IMG/VR virus record: IMGVR_UViG_3300002231_000541
Span: 1 to 64,000 of that record
Source of the DNA: an uncultured virus (IMG/VR IMGVR_UViG_3300002231_000541)
Taxonomy: Duplodnaviria; Heunggongvirae; Uroviricota; Caudoviricetes
Length of the DNA stretch: 64,000 nucleotides
Strand: one strand, 5' to 3'
Position numbers and translations under genes: made by a program. Below the pieces are notes generated by a model, which saw only the letters and a program-made list of their open reading frames with translations, was not told the origin of the DNA and ran no database searches. Within the stretch, counting starts at the first letter, position 1; each line of letters starts with the position of its first letter. Shown piece by piece: positions 19,041-27,577 of the stretch.

Positions 19041-19922
19041 ATGTACTTCATGACAAGCAGGCAAGATATCCTAGAAGAACAATTATTGCGTGAAAATATC
19101 CGCAAAGCCATTAGAATCGTTAAAGATAAACACCAAAAGCAAGAACAATACGTGCGCTCTATTGTGAACACCCTTCTTAAGGAAGCCACCGTTACCAAAT
19201 ATGAATATACTTCACTAAACCTGCTGGCTCACTTTATCAAAGAAGTAGTGGGAGACCCTTCAAGGCCCGACAGTTCACCTGCGTTCAAGGACGCTTATAC
19301 TGATCTAACTTCTAGTCACGAAGATAGAGAGCTTTTTGTTGAGTATGTTTTAGATTTTGCTAACGAAGATTTTAAGACTATCGATGCTGATAAAGAACCT
19401 CAATCTCTAGGCCAAAGTTTCATTGATAATGGGTTTCAAGACGAAGAAGAAGTCGAAATGGAAGAAGAGCCTGAAGAGGATGAGGTAATTACTGTTAGCA
19501 TCGGAGATCTCGAAGACCAGGGTGGAGATTTGGCTTATGAACCTGAAGAAGAAGTCGAAGAGGAAGAGGTATTTACACTTGGAGAAGATGCTGAAGAAAT
19601 TGAAGCGGAAGAAGGGAACTCTGGTATTCGAAAATATAGTAGAGAAGCCTACAAGAGAATAGGTCCTCCCCTAAGAAGATACTACGGTCAAGTACAAAAA
19701 GACAGTAAATTAAAGAAGCCAGTAGCCATTGATGGAAAAGAATATGGCCCTGGTGAATTATCAGAAAGAGACTTATTTCAAATTTATCTTAAGAAGAATT
19801 TGTTGCTTTGGTCTGAAAGATATGAGGATGAATATTTCGATAAAGCTCCAGATGTCGACGTAGACATTCAATCAGGCGCAGAAATGGAAAGTGAAGAAAA
19901 GGTAGACCTCTTTGAATTATAG
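19041..19922 (+). CDS. acidic hypothetical protein (putative head-packaged protein)
   Basis: LLRENIRKAI leader-like segment; Glu-rich centre; CTAATTAT at 19019-19026. Confidence 0.75.
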   Translation: MYFMTSRQDILEEQLLRENIRKAIRIVKDKHQKQEQYVRSIVNTLLKEATVTKYEYTSLNLLAHFIKEVVGDPSRPDSSPAFKDAYTDLTSSHEDRELFVEYVLDFANEDFKTIDADKEPQSLGQSFIDNGFQDEEEVEMEEEPEEDEVITVSIGDLEDQGGDLAYEPEEEVEEEEVFTLGEDAEEIEAEEGNSGIRKYSREAYKRIGPPLRRYYGQVQKDSKLKKPVAIDGKEYGPGELSERDLFQIYLKKNLLLWSERYEDEYFDKAPDVDVDIQSGAEMESEEKVDLFEL

Positions 19923-19942
19923 AAATATTTTCAGTTTTTTAC

Positions 19943-19971
19943 TTGACAAGATTCCGTTTTAATGTTATTAA
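19943..19971 (+). promoter_or_regulatory. sigma70-type promoter
   Basis: TTGACA(19943-19948)-17 bp-TATTAA with TG. Confidence 0.55.
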
Positions 19972-20070
19972 TTATATAATCATCACGCTAATCATACTAA
20001 TCATACTTAATACACTAAACATACTAATTATTAATCACTCTAAATAAACTAATCACTATAATATATCATT
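19965..20070. repeat. G-depleted tract of degenerate ~9-nt repeats (CTAATCATA-like)
   Basis: ctaatcata ctaatcata cttaataca ctaaacata ctaattat taatca ...ctaatcacta; only one G in about 105 nt. Confidence 0.8.
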
Positions 20071-20430
20071 ATGCCTAATTGGAAAAGAAAAAATAACTAT
20101 AATGGTAAAAATAAAGATTATAGTATTACAAATAAACTTAGAAGCGAGCAAAAATCTAATGTCGAATTTGAAATAATGCTTAACAATTTGACATTAGAAG
20201 AAGTTATTGCGCTCAAATTAGAACTAGCTACAAAAGCCATAGCAAATAGGCTTTATGGTGTCCCGATTTGGCACTCTTTATTAAATATTGTCCAGGAGGC
20301 CGTCTTTAAATACGCCCTTTCTGCAACCAGGACTCAAGCAGAGGCTATGAGATTTCTTGGATTAAAAGAAGAATCCTTCCATCTACTCAATAAAAAGTAC
20401 GATGTGGAGGATTTTTTTCTTGACAAATGA
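20071..20430 (+). CDS. Fis-like helix-turn-helix DNA-binding protein
   Basis: C-terminal QEAVFKYALSATRTQAEAMRFLGLKEESFHLLNKKY resembles the HTH_8/Fis pattern. Confidence 0.6.
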   Translation: MPNWKRKNNYNGKNKDYSITNKLRSEQKSNVEFEIMLNNLTLEEVIALKLELATKAIANRLYGVPIWHSLLNIVQEAVFKYALSATRTQAEAMRFLGLKEESFHLLNKKYDVEDFFLDK

Positions 20431-20448
20431 GTCCTAAATTACTATAAT
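20420..20448 (+). promoter_or_regulatory. consensus sigma70 promoter
   Basis: TTGACA(20420-20425)-17 bp-TATAAT(20443-20448). Confidence 0.85.
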
Positions 20449-20454
20449 ATAGGT

Positions 20455-20640
20455 AGAGACAAAAAGGAATAGAAGAAGAGGCGAGGGTTATATTTAAACA
20501 TAAAGGTTCATTACCTCTAACGAACCTTGGGATCAAGGAGGATCGGCTATATGATGATGGAAAGTTTTTTCACCTCCCAAATTACAGAGAGATTAAGATG
20601 CTGGCAATCTGAGCAAACCAGCGCTCCCTCATTTTTTTTA
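20455..20640 (+). ncRNA. candidate structured RNA or regulatory leader
   Basis: Bounded by a consensus promoter and a hairpin + T-tract; stems AAGGTTC/GAACCTT, GGAGG/CCTCC, GCTGG/CCAGC. Confidence 0.4.
20587..20640 (+). terminator. possible intrinsic terminator
   Basis: GCTGG...CCAGC stem within GAGAG...CTCCCTC, followed by T8. Confidence 0.45.
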
Positions 20641-20675
20641 TTTGTAGCATGTTACATAAAGATTTTAAGGATATT

Positions 20676-20918
20676 ATGACACCCGACGAAGTAATAGAAC
20701 TTGCATATTCAGAATTTGGAAAGAGCTTTGACGCTGCAGATGAGTTTAATATAAAAATTGGTAGCGACGATGGCGGCCGAACTTTAGATTTAATGATCAA
20801 TGGCGAAGATAATGCCAATTTCTTAAGGCAGGAAGTTCCACCAAATTATAATGGATTTAGAACAGTGATCATATATAGATATGAGCCATTGTATGAGGTC
20901 GGTAGCGGAGAATTCTAG
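20676..20918 (+). CDS. hypothetical protein
   Basis: AAGGA RBS before ATG 20676. Confidence 0.7.
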   Translation: MTPDEVIELAYSEFGKSFDAADEFNIKIGSDDGGRTLDLMINGEDNANFLRQEVPPNYNGFRTVIIYRYEPLYEVGSGEF

Positions 20919-20919
20919 T

Positions 20920-21585
20920 GTGAAAAGATTGGTGATATCAGATACTCATATAGGTTCAAGGTTTTCTCGTAAAGAGGAGATATACGAACTCTTAGTAGAG
21001 AAAGAATATGATCAACTGATATTGAACGGCGACATAATAGAATTCTTAAAAGTTCCCACATTCTCTAAGGTCGCCCTAGAAATCTTCAAAGTAGCCAAAA
21101 ATAAAGCAAAAGAAGTTATCTACATCATTGGCAATCATGACGTTGCAATGAGCAGTTTTGTAGATCAAGATTTTGAAAATATTAAATTTGTATCGGAATA
21201 CTGTTTTACGGAAGGCGATCGAAAGTTTAGAATTGAACACGGTGACAAGTACGAGACTGGCATAGTCCACCACAGAGCCTTGATGAGTATCATATCATCT
21301 TTTCAGAACGCGTTGGAAAAAATACTTGATGTTGATTTATCGACATGGTTTGCTAATCTGAATATAAATAAGAGAAAAATTAAAAGATTGTGGGATATTA
21401 TAGACTTGAACATGGACGTTGATGTCCTAGTTGTTGGGCATACACACATGCCCGAAGCTGTAATTTGGATCGATGAAGACGAAAAAATAAAAACCTATGT
21501 GAATTGTGGAGATTGGGTTCAGCATGCCACTTATGTCGAAATTACTGATGGCGTAATTCGCTTAAGGAACTTTTTAAAAAAATAA
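20920..21585 (+). CDS. metallophosphoesterase, UDP-2,3-diacylglucosamine hydrolase (LpxH)-like
   Basis: SDTHIG, NGDII, IGNHD, EHGD, VGHTH.P and YVNCGDWV motifs. Confidence 0.85.
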   Translation: MKRLVISDTHIGSRFSRKEEIYELLVEKEYDQLILNGDIIEFLKVPTFSKVALEIFKVAKNKAKEVIYIIGNHDVAMSSFVDQDFENIKFVSEYCFTEGDRKFRIEHGDKYETGIVHHRALMSIISSFQNALEKILDVDLSTWFANLNINKRKIKRLWDIIDLNMDVDVLVVGHTHMPEAVIWIDEDEKIKTYVNCGDWVQHATYVEITDGVIRLRNFLKK

Positions 21586-21626
21586 TATTTAAAAAAGACT
21601 ATTTTTAATATAGTTATAAGAGCACG

Positions 21627-22073
21627 GTGGTAATATTAATGGTTTTTGCGTTGTTGGCAGTGGTAGGATTCTTTTTCACATCTCTCTTATTCTATTTGAA
21701 TCATAGGTTTGTAGGTCACGGTCGCCTAGGAAAGTGGCCCTTGTTAAAATATATACGCAAGATGCACATGATTCACCATCGTAACGACTACAATGAAAAA
21801 AGAAATGATCACCTTCTTTTGCCCATAGGCGCTAAGGCGTTATTCTTGTTGGCATTTTTATTAATTTGTTTAATATCTTTTCCTTTTGCTCTAGGATGCC
21901 TCGCTTATTCCCTCTACTATGAGTGGTTACATTATAGGATGCACAACGATGGTCAAGAAGGAATGTGTTCAAAGCACCACTTTATTCATCACCGTAAGTC
22001 AGCCCGACATAATTTTTCTGGTACAATGCCCTTTATTGATAAGATATTTGGAACCCACTTAGAAAATACTTGA
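21627..22073 (+). CDS. fatty acid hydroxylase / sterol desaturase family membrane protein
   Basis: His boxes HRFVGH, HMIHH, YEWLHYRMH and HHFIHH; NF..TMPFIDKIFGT. Confidence 0.85.
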   Translation: MVILMVFALLAVVGFFFTSLLFYLNHRFVGHGRLGKWPLLKYIRKMHMIHHRNDYNEKRNDHLLLPIGAKALFLLAFLLICLISFPFALGCLAYSLYYEWLHYRMHNDGQEGMCSKHHFIHHRKSARHNFSGTMPFIDKIFGTHLENT

Positions 22074-22098
22074 CAACGAGGCCAGGAAAGGTTATAAT
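22070..22098 (+). promoter_or_regulatory. consensus sigma70 promoter
   Basis: TTGACA(22070-22075)-17 bp-TATAAT(22093-22098) upstream of tRNA-Arg. Confidence 0.85.
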
Positions 22099-22108
22099 AA
22101 TAATATAA

Positions 22109-22186
22109 GCCTTCGTAGCTCAACAGGATAGAGCAATCGGCCTTCTAAGCCGAGGGTTGCGCGTTCGAGTCGTGCCGAGGGTGCCA
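22109..22186 (+). tRNA. tRNA-Arg(TCT)
   Basis: Acceptor GCCTTCG/CGAGGGT, anticodon arm TCGGC-CTTCTAA-GCCGA, GTTCGAGTC T loop, encoded CCA. Confidence 0.93.
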
Positions 22187-22201
22187 CATTAAGGAGAAAA
22201 A

Positions 22202-22813
22202 ATGAAAGATATCTATTGGGCCTCTATCCCCACAACAATTTGCGGTGGAGAGCTGGATAATACAAAATATGATGACAATAACCGTGTAGAGACAAAACAT
22301 AATAAAGTATATTTTTATTCTGAAGTTTCACGAGGTAAAAACCTCCAATTAAATTTGGCAATCAGACAGCTTGAGGCCGATCTTTTGCATGGGGCAAATA
22401 TTACCGGAGGGGATCCCCGCTCTATCTTTTTACACATCAATTCCTATGGAGGATCAGTTTTTGCTGGATTTTCTTCTGTAGATTATATTACAAGCTGCAA
22501 AGTACCGGTAACTTCGGTTATTGATGGCTGTGCAGCTTCAGCAGCAACGATTATGAGCGTCACAGCCAACCATAGACAGATGAATAAGCATGCCTATATG
22601 CTTATTCACCAACTTTCTTCGGGAATGTGGGGCAAGTATCATGCTATGCAAGATAAGATGGAAAATTGTGATCGATTTATGAAAATGATTATCGATATTT
22701 ATGAAGAGCATACTAAAATTCCTAAAAAAGAGTTGAGCAAAATTCTCAAGCACGATCTTTGGTGGGATGCAGATACATGCCTGAAATACGGCTTAATTGA
22801 TGAAATTATTTAA
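22202..22813 (+). CDS. clpP: ClpP-like protease
   Basis: IFLHINSYGGSV, GCAASAAT (Ser), MLIHQLS (His), HDLW...CLKYGLIDEII. Confidence 0.85.
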   Translation: MKDIYWASIPTTICGGELDNTKYDDNNRVETKHNKVYFYSEVSRGKNLQLNLAIRQLEADLLHGANITGGDPRSIFLHINSYGGSVFAGFSSVDYITSCKVPVTSVIDGCAASAATIMSVTANHRQMNKHAYMLIHQLSSGMWGKYHAMQDKMENCDRFMKMIIDIYEEHTKIPKKELSKILKHDLWWDADTCLKYGLIDEII

Positions 22814-22976
22814 AAAATTTATAAAATCATACCTTGCTTTTGGTTTGGGAGTCGTCTTCGGAGCCTCTATATCAACCATTGTGACTTATTCTATTATGAT
22901 GTTCGCTTATGGAGCACCAGATGCAGTGAAGGTATTACAAATTAGACAATGTTTAGAGGAGAAAATAAATGAGTAA
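22800..22976 (+). CDS. small membrane protein (58 aa, not in ORF track)
   Basis: MKLFKKFIKSYLAFGLGVVFGASISTIVTYSIMMFAYG...; overlaps both neighbours. Confidence 0.6.
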   Translation: MKLFKKFIKSYLAFGLGVVFGASISTIVTYSIMMFAYGAPDAVKVLQIRQCLEEKINE

Positions 22977-23403
22977 AACGATCATGGTATCTGGAGGCTT
23001 TGACCCTATTCACGTAGGACATATCCGAATGATTATAGAAGCCGGCCAATATGGAGATGTCATCGTAGTTGCCAATTCTGATGAATGGTTGTATCGCAAA
23101 AAAGGATATGTATTTATGGGATTCAATGAAAGAAAAGAAATTTTAATGGCCCTCAAGGGGGTTGTAGAAGTTGTGCCAGTTGATGATGAAGACGGCACCG
23201 TCTGTGAAGCTCTTCGCCGCGAACGTCCTGATTATTTTGCAAATGGGGGCGATAGAACCACCCAAAATACTCCCGAACAGGCTGTATGTGAAGAGTTAGG
23301 AATTCAAATGCTGTGGAACATGGGCGGCCAAAAAATCCAATCATCTTCAGATCTTGTGCGAACATCTAGAGACACTGCACTAGAGATAGGAGATACAGAA
23401 TGA
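22969..23403 (+). CDS. cytidylyltransferase-like (TagD/RfaE-II type) protein
   Basis: VSGGFDPIHVGH, ERKEIL, FANGGDR and KIQSSS motifs. Confidence 0.9.
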   Translation: MSKTIMVSGGFDPIHVGHIRMIIEAGQYGDVIVVANSDEWLYRKKGYVFMGFNERKEILMALKGVVEVVPVDDEDGTVCEALRRERPDYFANGGDRTTQNTPEQAVCEELGIQMLWNMGGQKIQSSSDLVRTSRDTALEIGDTE

Positions 23404-23522
23404 GAAATCGCTTCCGGAAGGCTGTACATACAGGAGCTATCGTGACTATATGGTCCAGTATTTCCGCAGCTGTTTTATTGCATGTTTTATACTATAATAT
23501 ATTATTTAGTGAAAAAAGCTAA
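23400..23522 (+). CDS. small membrane protein (40 aa, not in ORF track)
   Basis: AGGAG RBS, ATGA overlap, MRNRFRKAVHTGAIVTIWSSISAAVLLHVLYYNILFSEKS*. Confidence 0.55.
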   Translation: MRNRFRKAVHTGAIVTIWSSISAAVLLHVLYYNILFSEKS

Positions 23523-23552
23523 TTTTAGGTTGTTTGGGGAGTAGTTACTAAT

Positions 23553-23804
23553 ATGAACTGGTTTTTATATGTAGTTAAAGTTCCCTTTATCGACGAAGAT
23601 ATGGTATTTAAACCTGGTGAGAATGGCGTAGGTCAATGTTCGATGGCACCAGGTATTATGGAAGTCCCATATGGAGTGATGTATGTTATTCCGGAGGATT
23701 TTGTAATTAAGTATCATCATGATAGAAAGCAAAAGCGCCCTTGTGCGACACTCATTGAAGATGCTGTAGAAGAGTATTTCGGAGTACAGGTCAAAAGAAG
23801 ATAG
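23553..23804 (+). CDS. hypothetical protein
   Basis: 83-aa ORF after a GTAGTTAC motif. Confidence 0.65.
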   Translation: MNWFLYVVKVPFIDEDMVFKPGENGVGQCSMAPGIMEVPYGVMYVIPEDFVIKYHHDRKQKRPCATLIEDAVEEYFGVQVKRR

Positions 23805-23806
23805 GA

Positions 23807-24067
23807 TTGTTTATGTTGATTAAATCTGGTACCCCATGTTTTTTGTCAAAAAGAGGCCACAATAACTTTATATATCCTATTTTTGACGAAACGGGCCTTA
23901 CTCATTTTATCCAAGATGTTGAAGACTATGAATTGAAGACGTGGATATGTGGTAACAGTAAGCTACGCGCAGTCGTAGTCGCCGCCTCGAATTTAAAAAA
24001 TATTGTAGGCCCAGATGATGCCAGAACAGTTGTTTGGATCGATATTGAAAAGAGTCGATTAAAGTAG
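23807..24067 (+). CDS. hypothetical protein
   Basis: 86-aa ORF in an operon-like arrangement. Confidence 0.65.
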   Translation: MFMLIKSGTPCFLSKRGHNNFIYPIFDETGLTHFIQDVEDYELKTWICGNSKLRAVVVAASNLKNIVGPDDARTVVWIDIEKSRLK

Positions 24068-24100
24068 AGATTGGTTTTTCACAAAACTACTTATTAGTAG

Positions 24101-25444
24101 ATGTCTGATAGAATTTATATTATAGACACTAGTGTTTGCTTGACAGATTCGGACTGCATATATCATTATGGGAGTGATAATATTATCATCCCCATGAAAG
24201 TCCTCGAAGAAATCGACAAACATAAAAAAAGGCAAGATTCTGTTGGATCTAATGCTCGCAGTATCATTAGAGAATTTGATTTATTGCGCGAAAAAGGAAG
24301 CCTCCAAGATGGCGTTTCTCTGGGTGATGAAAAGGGTACCTTGTATGTTTCACGCGTACCCTTAACAGAAGTCCCAGCTGATTTAAATAAGAGTGATCCG
24401 GATCATATCATCATGACCGCAGCTCTTATGCAGAAAGAGCAAAATCCCGATAAGGATGTGCGCCTTGTGTCTCGCGATATTAATATGCGAGTTATGACAG
24501 ATTCCCTAGGAATTGAATCAGAGGATTATGTCGAGAACCAAATTATCCAAGTCCAATCTGATTTGTATACGGGATACGAACGACTGATGGTAAGTGATTG
24601 GGATATTGACGAGTTGTACGAGAAAGGAAGCATTTCTCTGGAGAGCTTGGGCATTGACCGCACCGACGACGCAATAGAAGAGAATCAATCTATTATGATT
24701 TATTCGGAAGTGAATGAGAAGCGAACAGCCCTCTGTCGCCACAAACAAGGCTTCCTACGCAAGACTATTGATTTGAATAAGAGGGGAGTGTGGGGAGTAA
24801 AACCGCGCAATAAAGAGCAAGTTTTTGCTTTCGATCTCCTTATGGATCCCAAAATTTCTCTAGTATCTCTCGTTGGACGCGCCGGCTCTGGTAAGACCTT
24901 GATGGCTATCGCTGCAGGGATTTCTCAAACAATACATGACCCATTTAAGCCGAGCGATGAACCTATTTATAACAGACTTGTAATCTCCAGACCTATTCAG
25001 CCTATGGGCAAAGATATTGGATATTTACCGGGCACACTAGAAGAAAAAATGCATCCATGGCTGAAACCTATTCAAGATAATCTGCAGTATATTCTTGGAA
25101 ATGACAAAGCTACTTTAGAAGAATACATGGAAAAAGGTATCATAGAAGTAGAAGCCCTCACATATATCCGAGGCCGATCCATAGCAAATGCGTACATTAT
25201 CATTGATGAAGCTCAAAATTTAACTGTTCATGAGATAAAGACCATTTTAACCCGAGTTGGAGATAATACTAAAATTATTTTAACCGGAGATATTGAGCAG
25301 ATAGACAACATTTATGTGGATGAAACCTCAAACGGCTTAGTTCACACAGTAGAGAAATTTAAAGAACACGATATAGCAGGCCATATAACTCTCCTAAAAG
25401 GAGAAAGGTCAAGATTAGCTACACTCGCATCAGATATATTATAA
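24101..25444 (+). CDS. phoH: PIN-PhoH (PhoH2-type) ATPase
   Basis: N-terminal PIN (IIDTSV..VLEEID..DHII..VSRDINMR); GRAGSGKT, IGYLPG, YIRGRS, IIDEAQN, LTR.G and TGD..QID motifs. Confidence 0.95.
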   Translation: MSDRIYIIDTSVCLTDSDCIYHYGSDNIIIPMKVLEEIDKHKKRQDSVGSNARSIIREFDLLREKGSLQDGVSLGDEKGTLYVSRVPLTEVPADLNKSDPDHIIMTAALMQKEQNPDKDVRLVSRDINMRVMTDSLGIESEDYVENQIIQVQSDLYTGYERLMVSDWDIDELYEKGSISLESLGIDRTDDAIEENQSIMIYSEVNEKRTALCRHKQGFLRKTIDLNKRGVWGVKPRNKEQVFAFDLLMDPKISLVSLVGRAGSGKTLMAIAAGISQTIHDPFKPSDEPIYNRLVISRPIQPMGKDIGYLPGTLEEKMHPWLKPIQDNLQYILGNDKATLEEYMEKGIIEVEALTYIRGRSIANAYIIIDEAQNLTVHEIKTILTRVGDNTKIILTGDIEQIDNIYVDETSNGLVHTVEKFKEHDIAGHITLLKGERSRLATLASDIL

Positions 25445-25452
25445 ATATTGTA

Positions 25453-25481
25453 TTGACAAACGCGAAAAAGTAGGTTATAAT
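25453..25481 (+). promoter_or_regulatory. consensus sigma70 promoter
   Basis: TTGACA(25453-25458)-17 bp-TATAAT(25476-25481). Confidence 0.85.
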
Positions 25482-25504
25482 AAGCTTATCGAAAAGGAGA
25501 TATC

Positions 25505-25753
25505 ATGTCACAAGATCAAGACTATGCCCATGGCTTACTCAATAATGTGGTTGAAATGGATGGAGAATTAAAAGAGTATTTAGTAAATTATGTAGGAAAC
25601 CAACTAGAGCCCGAAAACGATGAAGTAACTGTACACATGATCATCCAAGTATTAGCAGCAGAATTCCCAGAACTTGTAGTGAGTATCATTGAAGAGAACT
25701 ATTTAAAGGGTTATCAACAGGGATTGGATGACGCCTTAAATATGGATGCATAA
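25505..25753 (+). CDS. hypothetical protein
   Basis: AAGGAG RBS, 82 aa. Confidence 0.8.
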   Translation: MSQDQDYAHGLLNNVVEMDGELKEYLVNYVGNQLEPENDEVTVHMIIQVLAAEFPELVVSIIEENYLKGYQQGLDDALNMDA

Positions 25754-25755
25754 TA

Positions 25756-26442
25756 ATGTATAATACAGACTACTTACAGATGTCGCATAAGCGCGCACAA
25801 GAGCAACGAAAGGAGTTCGTAATGCACGAAAATGTACAGATCTACATCAAAGATCAGATGCCGCCAGGTATTGATATTAGTTCTATTTTGGATAAAATTA
25901 ATTTATCCATCCCACAACACTTGACCAGCGAAATAGACTCTATTTACATTGGCATGTTTGCAGAATTTGAAGAAATGGAAACAAATGCCATGTTTAAGGA
26001 TGGGGCCATTTATGTGACGAACAATCAAGAGGACGAACAGGATTTAATTGATGATATTGTGCATGAAATTGCTCACTCTTTAGAGAACCCCTTTGGGCAT
26101 ATTATTTACGCAGATGGAAGATTGGAGCAAGAATTCTACAATAAAAGAATGCGTCTTTATGAAATTCTCAAAGAAGAAGGGCTCAAGCCGCAAAAATCTC
26201 TATTCGAAGACCCGGAATATAATAAAGAAATGGACCTTTACCTATATAAGAAGGTGGGCTATGATAGATTAAATTTTATTGCGTCTTCTTATGGATTGTT
26301 CACATCTGCCTATAGTGCCACTGCCCTACGAGAGTATTTCGCCAATGGCTTTGAATATTTTTTCCTAGATGACAGAGCTTACTTAGCAGAAATATGCCCC
26401 GTACTATATGATAAAATAAAGGATTTACACCAAGATGATTAA
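25756..26442 (+). CDS. zinc metallopeptidase-like protein
   Basis: IVHEIAHS with a downstream REYFA. Confidence 0.75.
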   Translation: MYNTDYLQMSHKRAQEQRKEFVMHENVQIYIKDQMPPGIDISSILDKINLSIPQHLTSEIDSIYIGMFAEFEEMETNAMFKDGAIYVTNNQEDEQDLIDDIVHEIAHSLENPFGHIIYADGRLEQEFYNKRMRLYEILKEEGLKPQKSLFEDPEYNKEMDLYLYKKVGYDRLNFIASSYGLFTSAYSATALREYFANGFEYFFLDDRAYLAEICPVLYDKIKDLHQDD

Positions 26443-26762
26443 TATTGATTCAATTAAGACAGAAAATGGAAAGATTCACGTATCAGTGAGTTTGACTCCG
26501 TTCTGTAATAGGCGGTTTAAAAGCCATATTTCTTGTGATACTGCCGCACTAGAGCGACTACTCAAAGAGAAGAAGGTAGCACATGGTAAGTGCGTAAAAA
26601 GAAGCATACTTATTAAATAGGCGAGAAAAAACGTGCTCTGGAACTTGGATTTTTGAAAAACCACAGTCCCCCAAACCAAACAACCAGAAAAAGCCTTCAC
26701 AAAGCAGAAGATCAAAAAAAAAGAGAAAAAAGACTTGACAAAACTCCACAAGATGTTATAAT
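26435..26762 (+). CDS. hypothetical basic protein (probable indels)
   Basis: ORF 26435-26620 continues in another frame through ...GTWIFEKPQSPKPNNQK..KDLTKLHKML*. Confidence 0.45.
26735..26762 (+). promoter_or_regulatory. sigma70-type promoter
   Basis: TTGACA(26735-26740)-16 bp-TATAAT with TG. Confidence 0.75.
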
Positions 26763-26793
26763 AGATAGTAGAGAAAAAACATCTGAGGAATAA

Positions 26794-27567
26794 GTGCCAC
26801 ATATATCATTTTCCGAATTAAAAAACTGGAACTTCTGCCCAAATTATCATAAACTGACTTATATCGATAAGTTAAAGGGCTTTACCGGAAATGCCTATAC
26901 GGCGTTCGGTACAGCAATTCACAATGTTTGTGAAAAGAAACTCTTACGAGAAAATATCGAAGAAGAGAAATATTGGATTGAAAATTTCGAAAAATGTCTC
27001 GCCGAGCTAGATGAAGAAGTTTTGGCGGAAACGAAAGACAAGATGCTCGAAGATATGGCAGTCCAGGGCGCAGAAATCATCCCAGAGATCACACCAGCAT
27101 TGGAGCAGTATTTTCCCGATGGCTATGAAGTTCTCGCAACTGAAGAAATGCTGATGGAGCCCATTGCTGACGAAGAAAATTACAACTTCAAGGGATATAT
27201 TGATGCAGTCATCAAAACACCGGATGGCAAAATTCACTTGATTGACTGGAAGAGTTGCTCGTGGGGTTGGGATTCTCGCCGGAGAGCAGATCCAATGGTC
27301 ACTTATCAACTAACATTTTATAAAATCTTTTATGCCAAAAAGCACTCTATTGATTTGAAGGATATTGAAACTCACTTTGCGCTATTAAAGCGTACTGCAA
27401 AAAAAGACAGAGTGGAAATCTTCAGAGTCACCAGTGGTGCCCGTAAACAAGAGAATGCAATGGGTCTGCTGAAAAAGGCCTTATATAATATTAAAGCTAA
27501 GAATTACATCAAGGACAAACGCTCGTGCGCAAAATGTGAGTTTTTCCGCACAGAACATTGTCCATAA
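26794..27567 (+). CDS. PD-(D/E)XK exonuclease, Cas4/RecB-like with Fe-S cysteines
   Basis: N-terminal FCP, FGTAIH, GYID, IDWKS, QL.FY and C-terminal CAKC..TEHC motifs. Confidence 0.85.
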   Translation: MPHISFSELKNWNFCPNYHKLTYIDKLKGFTGNAYTAFGTAIHNVCEKKLLRENIEEEKYWIENFEKCLAELDEEVLAETKDKMLEDMAVQGAEIIPEITPALEQYFPDGYEVLATEEMLMEPIADEENYNFKGYIDAVIKTPDGKIHLIDWKSCSWGWDSRRRADPMVTYQLTFYKIFYAKKHSIDLKDIETHFALLKRTAKKDRVEIFRVTSGARKQENAMGLLKKALYNIKAKNYIKDKRSCAKCEFFRTEHCP

Positions 27568-27577
27568 AGGAAGGAAT

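Noticed and set aside
19965..20070. CRISPR array
   Set aside because: Repeats are about 9 nt, degenerate and lack unique spacers; no array was seen anywhere in the window
20455..20640. tmRNA, RNase P RNA or a known riboswitch
   Set aside because: No tRNA-like acceptor/T arm, tag ORF or recognisable conserved boxes; kept only as an unclassified candidate
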